DNA from: an uncultured delta proteobacterium
Lineage (GTDB): Bacteria > Desulfobacterota > Binatia > UBA9968
Direction: 5' to 3'
Assembly: GCA_963727625.1 (NCBI GenBank)
Contig: CAVSHR010000006.1
Span: 1 to 64,000 of the forward strand
DNA: 64,000 bases
In this document: positions 9,078-18,588 of the stretch, in pieces
Layout of the letters: each line of letters begins with the position of its first letter
Position numbering within the stretch: position 1 is the stretch's first letter
Program-made: the position numbers and the translations under genes
Notes under the pieces: model-generated
What the model was told of the DNA's origin: nothing
Seen by the model: only the letters and a program-made list of their open reading frames with translations
Database searches by the model: none

Positions 9078-10676
9078 TCACGCCCTTCGTGTCGGCAGCG
9101 GCACGCGGTCGATGTGCTCGATCTCGGTGAGCAGCAGCCGCTCGGTCAGGGCCGCGCGGATCTTGGCGTGTGCCGGATCGTCCCAGAGATTATCGAACTC
9201 GCCCGGATCGTTCTCAAGATCGTAGAGCTCGCCCCAGCCGGTGCCATGGAAGACCGACAGGCGGTAGCGGCCGTCGATCAAGCTGTGCACCCGCGGCGGT
9301 ATGGCGGTGCCCGGGCTCGAGCTCTGGTGGTCGTACTGGATGAACACCGAGTCGCGCACCGCTGTGCCGCGCTCGATCGCCGGCAGCAGATTTCTACCCT
9401 GCATGCCGCTCGCGGGCTCGACCCTCGCCCGCTCCAGGATCGTCGCGCGAATGTCCATGGTGGAAGCCAGCGCGTCGCTGCGCGCCTGTGCCGGCGGCGT
9501 CTGTGGATCGGCCCAGATGAAGGGCACGCGCACTATGCTCTGGTACTGCTCGGCGCCTTTGAGCATCAGGCGGTGATCGCCGAGATGATCGCCATGGTCG
9601 CTGGTGAAGAGGACCACGGTGTCGTCGCACCGGCCGCTCTTGTCGAGCGCCGCCAGCACGGAGCCGATGGCGTCGTCGATGCATGAGATCATGCCGCAGG
9701 TCAGCGCCCGGGCCTCCTGCGCCTCGCGCGCGGTGACGCCGATGCTGTTCATGCCGTCGAGGTTGGCCTTGCCGGTGTCGCGATCCCTCCAGATGTTGCG
9801 AATGAGCGTTGGCGGCGTCCAGTCCCGGCGGGAAAACGCCTCCGGCGCCGGGAACTGCTCGGGCTCGTACATGTCCCAATACTTACCCGGCGGATTGAAC
9901 GGGTGGTGCGGATCGGGGAACGAAACCATCAAGAAGAACGGCGCATCGGCGTCGGCCTGGTCGAGATAAGCGCAGGCGCGCTCGCCGAGGAAGGCCGTGG
10001 CGTAAAGTTCCGCCGGGATCGCCGTGCGATAAGCCTGCGGGCAGATGTAATCGTGCGGCAATGAGTTTTTCGGCCCAAGCAGACTCCGCGCCTTGGCATC
10101 GCGCTGATCGAGCCAGCGGTCGTAGTCGCCGCCCGGCCTGTCGCCATGCGCGCGCACCAGCGTCACCTGCTCGAAGCCATAGAACGGAGTGCGCACATGG
10201 GCGTCCGGCCCGTTCCAATATTCCGGCGTCTCCTGCTCGTACTGCGGCTCGGCGAGATCGTGGCGCAGCGCCTGCGCCAGCGCCTTGGACGGCTCATGGA
10301 ACCCGTCGCGCGGCGGCGGACGCTTGATGGTCGGAGGGTTCGCTGTGAAATTCTGCAGATGGCTCTTGCCGATCAGGGCGGTGCGGTAACCGGCGTCCCG
10401 CAGCAGATCGACGAAGGTCACCGCGTTCATGGTCAGCGGAATGCCGTTTGAGCGCACACCGTGCACCGAGGGCATGCGCGCGGTCATCAGGCTGGCGCGG
10501 TTGGGCATGCAGACCGGGCTGGCGACGTAAAAGCGCTCGAAGACAGTTCCGCGCGCCGCGATGGAATCGATGTGCGGGGTGCGCAGCACCGGGTGGCCGT
10601 AGCAGCCCAGAAAGTCCGCGCGCTGCTGATCGGTGATGAAAAGCAGGAAATTGGGTCGGGAGGAGGTTTTTGCCAT
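9078..10676 (-). CDS. sulfatase-like hydrolase (formylglycine-dependent)
   Basis: PNFLLFITDQQR, CMPNRAS (CxPxR), GKSH, PDPHHPF, FTSDHG. Confidence 0.93.
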   Translation of the reverse strand: MAKTSSRPNFLLFITDQQRADFLGCYGHPVLRTPHIDSIAARGTVFERFYVASPVCMPNRASLMTARMPSVHGVRSNGIPLTMNAVTFVDLLRDAGYRTALIGKSHLQNFTANPPTIKRPPPRDGFHEPSKALAQALRHDLAEPQYEQETPEYWNGPDAHVRTPFYGFEQVTLVRAHGDRPGGDYDRWLDQRDAKARSLLGPKNSLPHDYICPQAYRTAIPAELYATAFLGERACAYLDQADADAPFFLMVSFPDPHHPFNPPGKYWDMYEPEQFPAPEAFSRRDWTPPTLIRNIWRDRDTGKANLDGMNSIGVTAREAQEARALTCGMISCIDDAIGSVLAALDKSGRCDDTVVLFTSDHGDHLGDHRLMLKGAEQYQSIVRVPFIWADPQTPPAQARSDALASTMDIRATILERARVEPASGMQGRNLLPAIERGTAVRDSVFIQYDHQSSSPGTAIPPRVHSLIDGRYRLSVFHGTGWGELYDLENDPGEFDNLWDDPAHAKIRAALTERLLLTEIEHIDRVPLPTRRA

Positions 10677-10737
10677 GGCGGATCCCTCGTTCGATCCTGG
10701 GATGCTAGCTTAATTGAGTTAGATGCCACGCCGATTG

Positions 10738-11349
10738 CTAGCGCGTGGCGCTCGCGCGCGACAGCGTCGAGGTGAGGATTTTTATCTTTTCGCTTTTCTC
10801 TATGTAGCGCACGAACAGATATTTGTTTTCCTGCGAATCCAGCGGCGCCGCGGGCACATCGCCCGCTCCCTCTTCAACCTTGGCATGAATGAAATAGAGA
10901 TCGTCACCCCTGAAAGCGCGCATAAAACCGTTTTCGAATTCATCGAGCGTCTTCGCCGTGAGCACGTTGGCGATGCCGCAGCCCCGGGCGATGGCGGCCA
11001 GGTCGGCTTGGCCCGCGGTCGCCGTCGGCGCGCCGCGGGAAGACTCATAGCATTCATTGTCGAAGACGACGTGAACCAGGTTCTTCGGATGTTGATTGGC
11101 GATGGTCGCGAGGCTCCCGAGATTGAGCAGCAACGACCCGTCGCCGTCGAAGGCGACGACTTTGCGGTGCGGCAGAGCCAGGGCCAAGCCGAGCGCCATG
11201 GACGAGGTGAGACCGAGATTTTGCAAATGGTAGTTGCCGTGGTGCGGCCTCAAAGCTTGCCATTCGTGGCGCACGGCGCCCAGGTTGGTGACCACCAGCT
11301 CGTCGCCGAAGTGCGGCGCGATTGCGCGCAGACAGTCGTATCTTTTCAT
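10738..11349 (-). CDS. comE: sulfopyruvate/phosphonopyruvate decarboxylase-like beta subunit (TPP-binding)
   Basis: DGDGSLLLNLG...VFDNECYES TPP motif; paired with an alpha subunit. Confidence 0.75.
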   Translation of the reverse strand: MKRYDCLRAIAPHFGDELVVTNLGAVRHEWQALRPHHGNYHLQNLGLTSSMALGLALALPHRKVVAFDGDGSLLLNLGSLATIANQHPKNLVHVVFDNECYESSRGAPTATAGQADLAAIARGCGIANVLTAKTLDEFENGFMRAFRGDDLYFIHAKVEEGAGDVPAAPLDSQENKYLFVRYIEKSEKIKILTSTLSRASATR

Positions 11350-11353
11350 CGAC

Positions 11354-11854
11354 TTACCTCAGTGCTTGTTTGTTGAGGACGATGGCCGTCGGCCGGCGCG
11401 ACGAGCGCGCGAGCATCTGACTGTCGCGAATCGTCGGGCGGATCTCCTCGAAGCGGCCGACTTTCTCGTAAACGATATGCATGGCCTGCAGCACCGGCTC
11501 TGTCAGAGCCCCGACCGTGGCGTGCCCGGCATTTTCCTCGCCCACCCCGCCGCTGTGGCCGATCAACATCAACACGGGTATCTCCGGATGAATGCAGACC
11601 GTCGCCAAAGCGTTGGTCGACAATAAGAAGCCTGCGTTCATCATCACCATCGCCGGCCGTCTTCCGCCCAGGTAGGCGCCGGCGCAGATGCCGATGCCCT
11701 CTTCCTCGCGCGTCACGGGCACATGATGAATCGCCGAATCCTCTCCCAGCGCAATCACCAGATCGTGCAGGTTCGCTTCAGTAAGGGTTGCAATAAAATC
11801 GACCCCTGCCTCCTTTAGCGAATCGACGATCTCGGCGGCCACTTCTCGCTTCAT
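11354..11854 (-). CDS. comD: sulfopyruvate decarboxylase-like alpha subunit
   Basis: VTREEEGIGICAGAYLGG, MMNAG. Confidence 0.75.
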   Translation of the reverse strand: MKREVAAEIVDSLKEAGVDFIATLTEANLHDLVIALGEDSAIHHVPVTREEEGIGICAGAYLGGRRPAMVMMNAGFLLSTNALATVCIHPEIPVLMLIGHSGGVGEENAGHATVGALTEPVLQAMHIVYEKVGRFEEIRPTIRDSQMLARSSRRPTAIVLNKQALR

Positions 11855-12153
11855 CTTTCTCTCCTTCGGATCGAAACCTTTATTGCGGAGAGCAGGTTTT
11901 CAGTCAAGCGAACCGAAATGGGAGACCAGGCCTGGATTCAACCGCCATCACTACTCATCACCGACCCACTTCGCTCGCGCGTATCGAGAGCGCCGTCGCC
12001 ATGCGCCGGTCATATATTCAACATGACGACAACTCGCGGCGCGATCTCCGACAAACTTCGGCGCGAGAATTTTCTTGACCTGATTGACTTAGAAATGCCC
12101 TTGGCGTACCGCTCGATAAGGATCGGGACATCATAAGATTGACGGGGGTGAAA

Positions 12154-13197
12154 ATGAGACTTTTTACCTTTACGCTTTGCGCGGCTGTTATCTTTCTATT
12201 CTCCCTGCAGAAAGAAGGTTCCTGCCAATCGGACTATTATAAAGGGAAAACGATTACATTCATGCAAGGACGCAATCCCGGAGGCGTCGGCGACTTGCGG
12301 AACAAGGTCATCCTTCCCTTCCTGCAAAAATACCTTCCCGGGCATCCAACCGTCCTTTCAGAATATATGCCTGGAGCAGGCGGACGAAAGGTTGCCAACC
12401 ACCTCTCTCATAACGTCAAGAGCGATGGGCTCACGATCGGCGCCAGCTCGCCGGGCATTCTCGTGAGCGCGGCGCTGGGCATGAAGGGCGTCAAATACGA
12501 TCCCGCCAAGTTTTTCTATCTCGGCTCGCCGTTCAGCGAAAACAACAATATCTTTGTAACGCGCAAAGCTCTCGGCATTAAGAGTGTAGAAAAGCTCCGC
12601 GAGCGCGCCGGGCTCAGAGTCGGCGGCCAATCGGTGGGTCATGTGCAGTTCATCCGCAGCAGGCTATTCACCTGGCTTTTAGGTCTCAAAGAACCGAAAT
12701 TCGTGGTTGGTTATTCGGGGCCGGAATTAGATGCGGCCTTGGAGCGCGGTGAAATCGACGCGCGAGCGTCCGCACTCAATACGCAGACGCTGTCGGCGGA
12801 ATATAAAAAAATCGCGAATTTCCACGCCATACTCGAAATTCCCAAGGGCAATCGTCCACCGGCATTTGCCGGGCTGCCCGAAGTCGGGACATTTACCCGC
12901 ACTCAGCTGGAAAAAGACGTTCTCGCGATGTCGCGGACATTCTGGGGGGTCGGCACGCTGATCTTCATGGCGCCCAACACGCCGGAGAATCTGGTGAAGA
13001 CGGTCAGGCAGGCAATTCACAAATCCTTCGAAGATCAGGAATTTCTTCAATCGTATAAAAAACTACTCGGCGTCGATGCGACGCCGCTGATGCCGGAGGA
13101 TCAGCAGAAACTCGTGGCGGATCTGCCGCATGACCCCGAGGTCATCAAAGCTTTCGCAGCGATCGCTGAAATGGGTCCTCTGCCGCCGCGTAGATGA
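12154..13197 (+). CDS. tripartite tricarboxylate transporter substrate-binding protein (Bug/TctC-like)
   Basis: signal peptide, YYKGKTIT, PGG, MPGAGG, DGLTIG, ALERGEID. Confidence 0.85.
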   Translation: MRLFTFTLCAAVIFLFSLQKEGSCQSDYYKGKTITFMQGRNPGGVGDLRNKVILPFLQKYLPGHPTVLSEYMPGAGGRKVANHLSHNVKSDGLTIGASSPGILVSAALGMKGVKYDPAKFFYLGSPFSENNNIFVTRKALGIKSVEKLRERAGLRVGGQSVGHVQFIRSRLFTWLLGLKEPKFVVGYSGPELDAALERGEIDARASALNTQTLSAEYKKIANFHAILEIPKGNRPPAFAGLPEVGTFTRTQLEKDVLAMSRTFWGVGTLIFMAPNTPENLVKTVRQAIHKSFEDQEFLQSYKKLLGVDATPLMPEDQQKLVADLPHDPEVIKAFAAIAEMGPLPPRR

Positions 13198-13428
13198 ATA
13201 AAAAATATAAAGGCTAAGCCTTTTTTCTCGATTAGATAGACAAAGACCATAGCGCTCGGGTCAGGCGAGCCTTATCGATTGGCTTATCCGATGTCTGTGA
13301 CTTTCTCTTGGAAAATTCCAAAGAGAGAACCGGCCAAATAGATTGGCGGCTATTGGATACCAGCCAAATTTCACGGTTCGACCTTCTTGCAAATCAGGCC
13401 TTACCTCGTTCGGTGAGCATTCGCTTTG

Positions 13429-14790
13429 TTACTTGACCACCAGCGTAATCAATTTGGCCGCGTCGTCGAAGTGCTCCAGACGATCCACCGCTTCGATTAA
13501 TTTCTCAATGCGCTCTTCGGTCAATACCGCGCGGGCCATCTTGCGGAATTTAGCCCGCAGCACATCGCGGCTGACCATATTGAGCGGCGAGCCGGGAGGA
13601 TAGGGCTCGAACGCCTTGTGAGTCTTGCCGTTAGTGAGCTTCACTTCCATCGTCGTGTTGTAGTTCTGGTCTCCTTTCGCATTCGGGTCTGCGTAGCTCT
13701 TCACTTTCTTCGCCAGCGCGAGCACTTTCGAATCTGTCCAGAGTTTTGGATCCATGTAAAAACTCAAGTCATTGTCATTTTTTAACAAGCGGATTGCCAA
13801 TGAAAATGGCAGGCTGAATTGCGCGCTCGCAGTATCATGCGGCTCGTAGATCGCGCCGCCGTGAGTGAGGGAAGTTTCCGAGATGCCGACGCGTATCTCT
13901 TCTATATCATCTGCGCCGAAGCGGTGCTCTTCGATCATCTTGGCCAGCGTGTAAATGACGCCCTGCACGGTAGCGACACAGGGGTAAAGCTTGAACCAGA
14001 GCCGCATGATCTTAAATTCCCGGCCAAGATCGCGGGTAATTCCCTCAGGCTCCACCTGATCGGCAAAGACTTTCAAGAAACCCCGTTTGCCTTCGATGAT
14101 GGTCGGCGGCCCGGTGAGGCCGAGTTGCGCGAGCATTGCCGCTTGAATGCCGCCACGGGCGGCGATACCGGCGATCACCCGCTTAACTTCGCCGCCGGTC
14201 TGATCGTATTCCATGGTCCCGCTGGAATGCATGCCGGCGATGCCGAAGGCATGGAGTATTTGTCCGTCATTCAAGCCCATCAGGCGCGCCGCCGTCGTCA
14301 TCGCACCGAAAGGCGCGCCGATGCCATGACTGTGAAACCCCCGTTTGCCGGATGACGGCCTAACCGCCGCAAGTAGGCGATACATGACGTCGCACCCAAC
14401 CACGACCGCGGCAAGAAAATCCTTTCCGCTGCTGCGCTGCTTTTCGCAAACCGCCAGGGCCACCGGTACTGTGGCAGCGCCCGGGTGGCCGCCAGCCGCG
14501 AAGCCAACATCGTCGAGCTCGCAACCTTGACCGAAGGTGGCATTGACGAATGCGGCATCCAGCGTCGGTACTTTGATTCCGTAGTTGACGACCGTGCTCT
14601 CCCCGCGTCCGCCCATCTCAGCAACATATCGATAGGCAATCTTGTTCCATTCCAAAGTCGAACCGATCAGCTCGACACCGATTTGGTCGAGGATGCAATC
14701 TTTAGCCTTTTCAATCGCCTCGGGAGGGATATCTTCAAACCGCACCTTGGCGGTATGGGCCGCGAGTTTTTCGGTAAGGCCGATGGTCAT
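13429..14790 (-). CDS. MmgE/PrpD family protein
   Basis: ELDD...HPG, GFH, FKLYPC, AQFSLPF. Confidence 0.92.
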   Translation of the reverse strand: MTIGLTEKLAAHTAKVRFEDIPPEAIEKAKDCILDQIGVELIGSTLEWNKIAYRYVAEMGGRGESTVVNYGIKVPTLDAAFVNATFGQGCELDDVGFAAGGHPGAATVPVALAVCEKQRSSGKDFLAAVVVGCDVMYRLLAAVRPSSGKRGFHSHGIGAPFGAMTTAARLMGLNDGQILHAFGIAGMHSSGTMEYDQTGGEVKRVIAGIAARGGIQAAMLAQLGLTGPPTIIEGKRGFLKVFADQVEPEGITRDLGREFKIMRLWFKLYPCVATVQGVIYTLAKMIEEHRFGADDIEEIRVGISETSLTHGGAIYEPHDTASAQFSLPFSLAIRLLKNDNDLSFYMDPKLWTDSKVLALAKKVKSYADPNAKGDQNYNTTMEVKLTNGKTHKAFEPYPPGSPLNMVSRDVLRAKFRKMARAVLTEERIEKLIEAVDRLEHFDDAAKLITLVVK

Positions 14791-15014
14791 TGCCGTCTCT
14801 CCTCTATCCTTAATTTCGAAAATATCAAGAAAACCGTTTAATGGGCCGACGCTTTAGATAACAAATGAGGCCAACGTCGAACCTATCCGCGACAGCACCG
14901 AGCGGCGTCACCTGAGCCTTTCACGCGAATCCGAGGTCCGAGCCCTTCGGTCCCTTCGATTGTCGGATGGGCCGCCCCCGCAAGGCCAAACGGGGAAGCC
15001 ATTACGGATTGTTT

Positions 15015-16493
15015 TTATACGCGTTTCGCCTTGGCAAAAGCGGCCGCGCTTGAGCCCGCCAATCGGCCGAATACCGCGCCCTTCATCAATCCCGAACCGC
15101 CGGGATAGTTGTTAAAAAAAGACCCGCCGGTTATTTCACCCGCAGCGAAAAGTCCGCTGATCAAATTACCGCTTGTATCCTTAACTTCGCCATTTTCGCT
15201 AATGCCGACGCCGCCAAAGGTAAAGGTAATGCCGCAGGTCACCGAGAACGCATAATAGGGCGGCGTGTCCAATTTCTGCGCCCAGTTCGACTTTACCGGG
15301 TCAATACCGTGAGTGCATTTACCGTCGTGTCTCGATGGATCGAACGGCGCATCGCCCACCGCGTCATTGAAATCGTTCACCGTTTTGACGACATTCTCCC
15401 ACTCCAGGCCCGGTAACTTCTTTGCCAATGCTTCGATACTATCGGCAGAGACATGAGAGCCCCGGTTATACTCGGAGCGCAGCAATGGTCGAGTCTTGCT
15501 GTCGAAAATTTGATATGCCGTGCGCCACGGCAAGCGCAGCACCTCGCGGCCATACTTGGCATAGGTATAACTAAAAAAATCCTCGCCTTCGTCGACGAAT
15601 CGTTTGCCGTTGATGTCGACCATGATTCCATACGGATAGGAGTAGCGGTGCTCGTAAGCGCACTCAACGTCGGGAGCTTCCGCATCCACCAACACGGCGT
15701 GGCACCCGCTCCAGTGACCGACCGGCTGGGCACCGAAGCCCAGCGTAAAGTTGAGGACCTCGCCGGTGTTGTAGCGCGAGCCGCGGACTTTCACCAAATC
15801 CCATCCCGTTCCAAGATAGCGCGCGCGCATTTCCGGGTTAGCTTCGAACCCGCCGGCGGCCAAGACGACGGCGCGGCTCTTAAAGTCTACGATCCCTTGT
15901 CGCGTTTGGACACGAACACCTGTGAGTTTGCCCTTCTTGTCGGCAATTACACCAGTCGCTTTCGCCTCATAGACGATTTCGATTCCTTGGTTTTCAGCGG
16001 TCGGGAAAAGCATCTCCACCAGTCCGAGGCCGCCGTCGTTTACCGAGATGACCCGCCCGGACGGAAATTTAATCTTGTGCCCCATTTTGACCGCGTGTGT
16101 GCTGGTCGAGAGAATCCACTTGACGTTCATGTCGGTCAGCCATCGCGCCGTTGCATAGGATTGGTCGACGAGAATGTTGGTAAGCTTCTTATCGGCGGCA
16201 TACTCGGTCACTTGCATGACATCTTCAAAGAAATCCGCGCTGGAGTAGGTACCGACTTCCATTTTCGCGGCCTCTTCGTCTGTCAGGCCAGGTAACATCG
16301 GGCGCATATCGTCAAGACTACTGTAAATGAAACGAAATCCGCCTCCGGAAAATCGCGTATTGCCTCCGCGCACTGACTTGGGACATTTATCCAAGAGCAG
16401 CACGCGCGCTTCAGCCTGCCGTGCCGCCAGCGCCGCGGTTAAGCCCGCGTTGCCCGCACCGACGACAATTACGTCATAGACCGTTCCTGCCAT
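15015..16493 (-). CDS. tcuA: FAD-dependent tricarballylate dehydrogenase TcuA family
   Basis: GAGNAG, RGGNTRF, GGFEAN, VRGSRYNTG, RFVDEG, GITFTFGG, NYPGGSGL. Confidence 0.85.
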   Translation of the reverse strand: MAGTVYDVIVVGAGNAGLTAALAARQAEARVLLLDKCPKSVRGGNTRFSGGGFRFIYSSLDDMRPMLPGLTDEEAAKMEVGTYSSADFFEDVMQVTEYAADKKLTNILVDQSYATARWLTDMNVKWILSTSTHAVKMGHKIKFPSGRVISVNDGGLGLVEMLFPTAENQGIEIVYEAKATGVIADKKGKLTGVRVQTRQGIVDFKSRAVVLAAGGFEANPEMRARYLGTGWDLVKVRGSRYNTGEVLNFTLGFGAQPVGHWSGCHAVLVDAEAPDVECAYEHRYSYPYGIMVDINGKRFVDEGEDFFSYTYAKYGREVLRLPWRTAYQIFDSKTRPLLRSEYNRGSHVSADSIEALAKKLPGLEWENVVKTVNDFNDAVGDAPFDPSRHDGKCTHGIDPVKSNWAQKLDTPPYYAFSVTCGITFTFGGVGISENGEVKDTSGNLISGLFAAGEITGGSFFNNYPGGSGLMKGAVFGRLAGSSAAAFAKAKRV

Positions 16494-16619
16494 AAAGCTC
16501 GTATCCTCTTCCTTGTTTGCCGCTACGATAATTAAGAATTTTTAAAAGCGAAATAATCTCGCCGATAGGGTCATGGACAGGTCTAGGTCTCGGACATAAT
16601 AATCTTCTCGGATCGACGA

Positions 16620-16710
16620 TGTGAGGTCGAGCGCAATTAAAAAGTCCATCAGTCGTTCGACTGAAAAATTGCCCGAACGGTCACGCATCAGGGCCGAAAC
16701 ATGGGGCTCC
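16620..16710 (-). pseudogene. fragment of a HigA-like XRE antitoxin
   Basis: translates as PHVSALMRDRSGNFSVERLMDFLIAL, paralogous to the 7740-8075 gene. Confidence 0.85.
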
Positions 16711-16746
16711 GACTCTTGAAGATCGATAAACCTTCCGGAAGATCAC

Positions 16747-17799
16747 CTATAGCCCGTAGAACCTTCTCGGATTATCGTCGAGAATCTTGCGGGCAACGGA
16801 AGCGGAGATTTCGCCTTTTTCGCCGCGCTGCTCGATAACGTCCAGGGCCCCGATCTCCGCGGACTGGTCCGCATGGCTGTAATCGGTGCCGATCATCAAG
16901 CTGTCTTCAGTCCCGTATCTCAGGATGTAAGGAAGATCGTCGTTGGTATGGCAGGCCACATAGAAGCGGTTGCGGCGGAACAGGTCTTCTTTGAAGTCGA
17001 CTGGAAGGAAAGTCCGCCGGAGATTCTTTGCCACCAGATCGGCATGGAGATAAGGCACCCATGAGGCGCCGGTTTCGATGAAGCCCACTCTGAGTTTCGG
17101 AAACAAATCCGGGACGCCTTGCTCGGCAAGCGCGCTGAACGCCGAGATCGCATTCATGCCGCCATCTAAGCCCGATCCTTGCGCGATGGCAGACTCGACT
17201 TTGCCCGTCGCGTTGTGGATGCAGATGGGCAGGTCGAGGCGGCTCGCTTCCTCATACACGGGAAAGAAATACGGATCGCTGGCGGCGCGATCGCTGCACT
17301 CGATGCCTTTCTTGAACACTCCGCAGGCGCCATGATCCTTCGCCCAGCGGATTTCCTCGACGGCCCGGTCGATGGAGAGGAGCGGCGCCATGGCGACCCA
17401 GCGCAGCCGTCCGCGGCTTTTCTCCGTGGCTTTGGCGATCCACCGATTGTAGGACTTGCACAAGGCGAGCTCGATCTCCGGCCTATCGGTGAGCGCGTGG
17501 AGGAATAGGGTCGGATAGAGCACCTGTACGTCGACGCGGAGCTCGTCCATGTGGCGGACGCGAGCCTCGACGTCGCGGAGCTCGCGGGTCGCCTGAACCG
17601 TTCCAGTGCGCTTGTCGTCGCGCCAGCGCCTGAGCCGGATCGTGCCGTCGATGACCCAGAGGCGGTGCGGCCGGGCATCGCCCGGCGCCGTCGGAGTTCC
17701 CGGATCAAGGGTCACCGGCTTGTAGCGGCTCGCTCCATTATCGAGGTATTCCCAGGTCGCGTCCGATTCGTCCACATGGGCATCGACGTCTATGCGCAT
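16747..17799 (-). CDS. amidohydrolase family protein (Amidohydro_2)
   Basis: IDVDAHV, YNRW, PICIH, FIETG, GTDYSHAD, NPRRFY. Confidence 0.9.
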   Translation of the reverse strand: MRIDVDAHVDESDATWEYLDNGASRYKPVTLDPGTPTAPGDARPHRLWVIDGTIRLRRWRDDKRTGTVQATRELRDVEARVRHMDELRVDVQVLYPTLFLHALTDRPEIELALCKSYNRWIAKATEKSRGRLRWVAMAPLLSIDRAVEEIRWAKDHGACGVFKKGIECSDRAASDPYFFPVYEEASRLDLPICIHNATGKVESAIAQGSGLDGGMNAISAFSALAEQGVPDLFPKLRVGFIETGASWVPYLHADLVAKNLRRTFLPVDFKEDLFRRNRFYVACHTNDDLPYILRYGTEDSLMIGTDYSHADQSAEIGALDVIEQRGEKGEISASVARKILDDNPRRFYGL

Positions 17800-17975
17800 G
17801 GCGTCTCCTTCCGACTCATCAAGAATTTCCGTGGTTAAAGATTTCTTAAAGCACCGTAACCTTCTTCGTCGTTTATTGCACAGGCGCGGAGCTGTCAAGG
17901 AGAGAAATTCGCTATGTAGTAGCAAAGTGAATCTGTCAGGGGCTAACGGCAACGTAATCATGTCAGGGTGGGAGG

Positions 17976-18314
17976 ATGACGACCAAAGCCAAGTTATCCG
18001 AGCAGCCGGAACTGGTTGCCAAGGTGGTCCGCGCGACGCTTCGTGCCATGCGGCTAATCAAGAATGACAAAAAATATGCGCTCGGATTCATGAAGGCTTC
18101 CAATCTCGGTTTAGGCGCCGAACGCGACCGGTTTACCGAGCGAGCCTACGAGGCCGCGGTCGACGGCGATCTCCTTGCCGGCGCCGTTGATGAGAAGCTC
18201 CAGAGCAAGATGATCGCGGTCGCCACGCAGCACATCAAGCTGCCGCCGCAGGTCGCGCCCGAGCGCGTGTTCGACTTCGCGATCACGCGCAAGGTGGTCG
18301 AAGCACTGCGCTGA
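17976..18314 (+). pseudogene. C-terminal fragment of an NMT1/SsuA-like ABC substrate-binding protein
   Basis: PELVAKVVRATLRAMRLIK...VFDFAITRKV; N-terminal two-thirds missing. Confidence 0.65.
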
Positions 18315-18588
18315 TCATTCAAACCGAACAGATCGGCTGCGCGGCGTGTTCCGCTCAGCGAGTGTTGCATCGTGTCAGAGAATTCACTTATCCGGACAGC
18401 CTCGCATTGAATTGTGTCTGACTGGCCGTGAAAGCGGGCTCTGGATGCCCCTTGACGACCGGCGCGCCGCCGCAATATGTATGACCACAGAGGAAGAGCG
18501 AATCAGCTTGCCAGCAGTCGATTCAATTAACCGTGCCGGTGTCAATGAACCGCTCTAGAACATAAAGCCGAATAATTGGGAGGGAGCC

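Noticed and set aside
7586-10980. Diversity-generating retroelement TR/VR pair
   Set aside because: Mismatches between copies are not adenine-specific, many are synonymous, and there is no reverse transcriptase in the window.
14880-15000. Glycine riboswitch-like words (CCGAAG...AAAGGCTCAGG) on the minus strand upstream of the PrpD-family gene
   Set aside because: The conserved GGAGA element and full stem set could not be found; an Infernal search against RF00504 would be needed.
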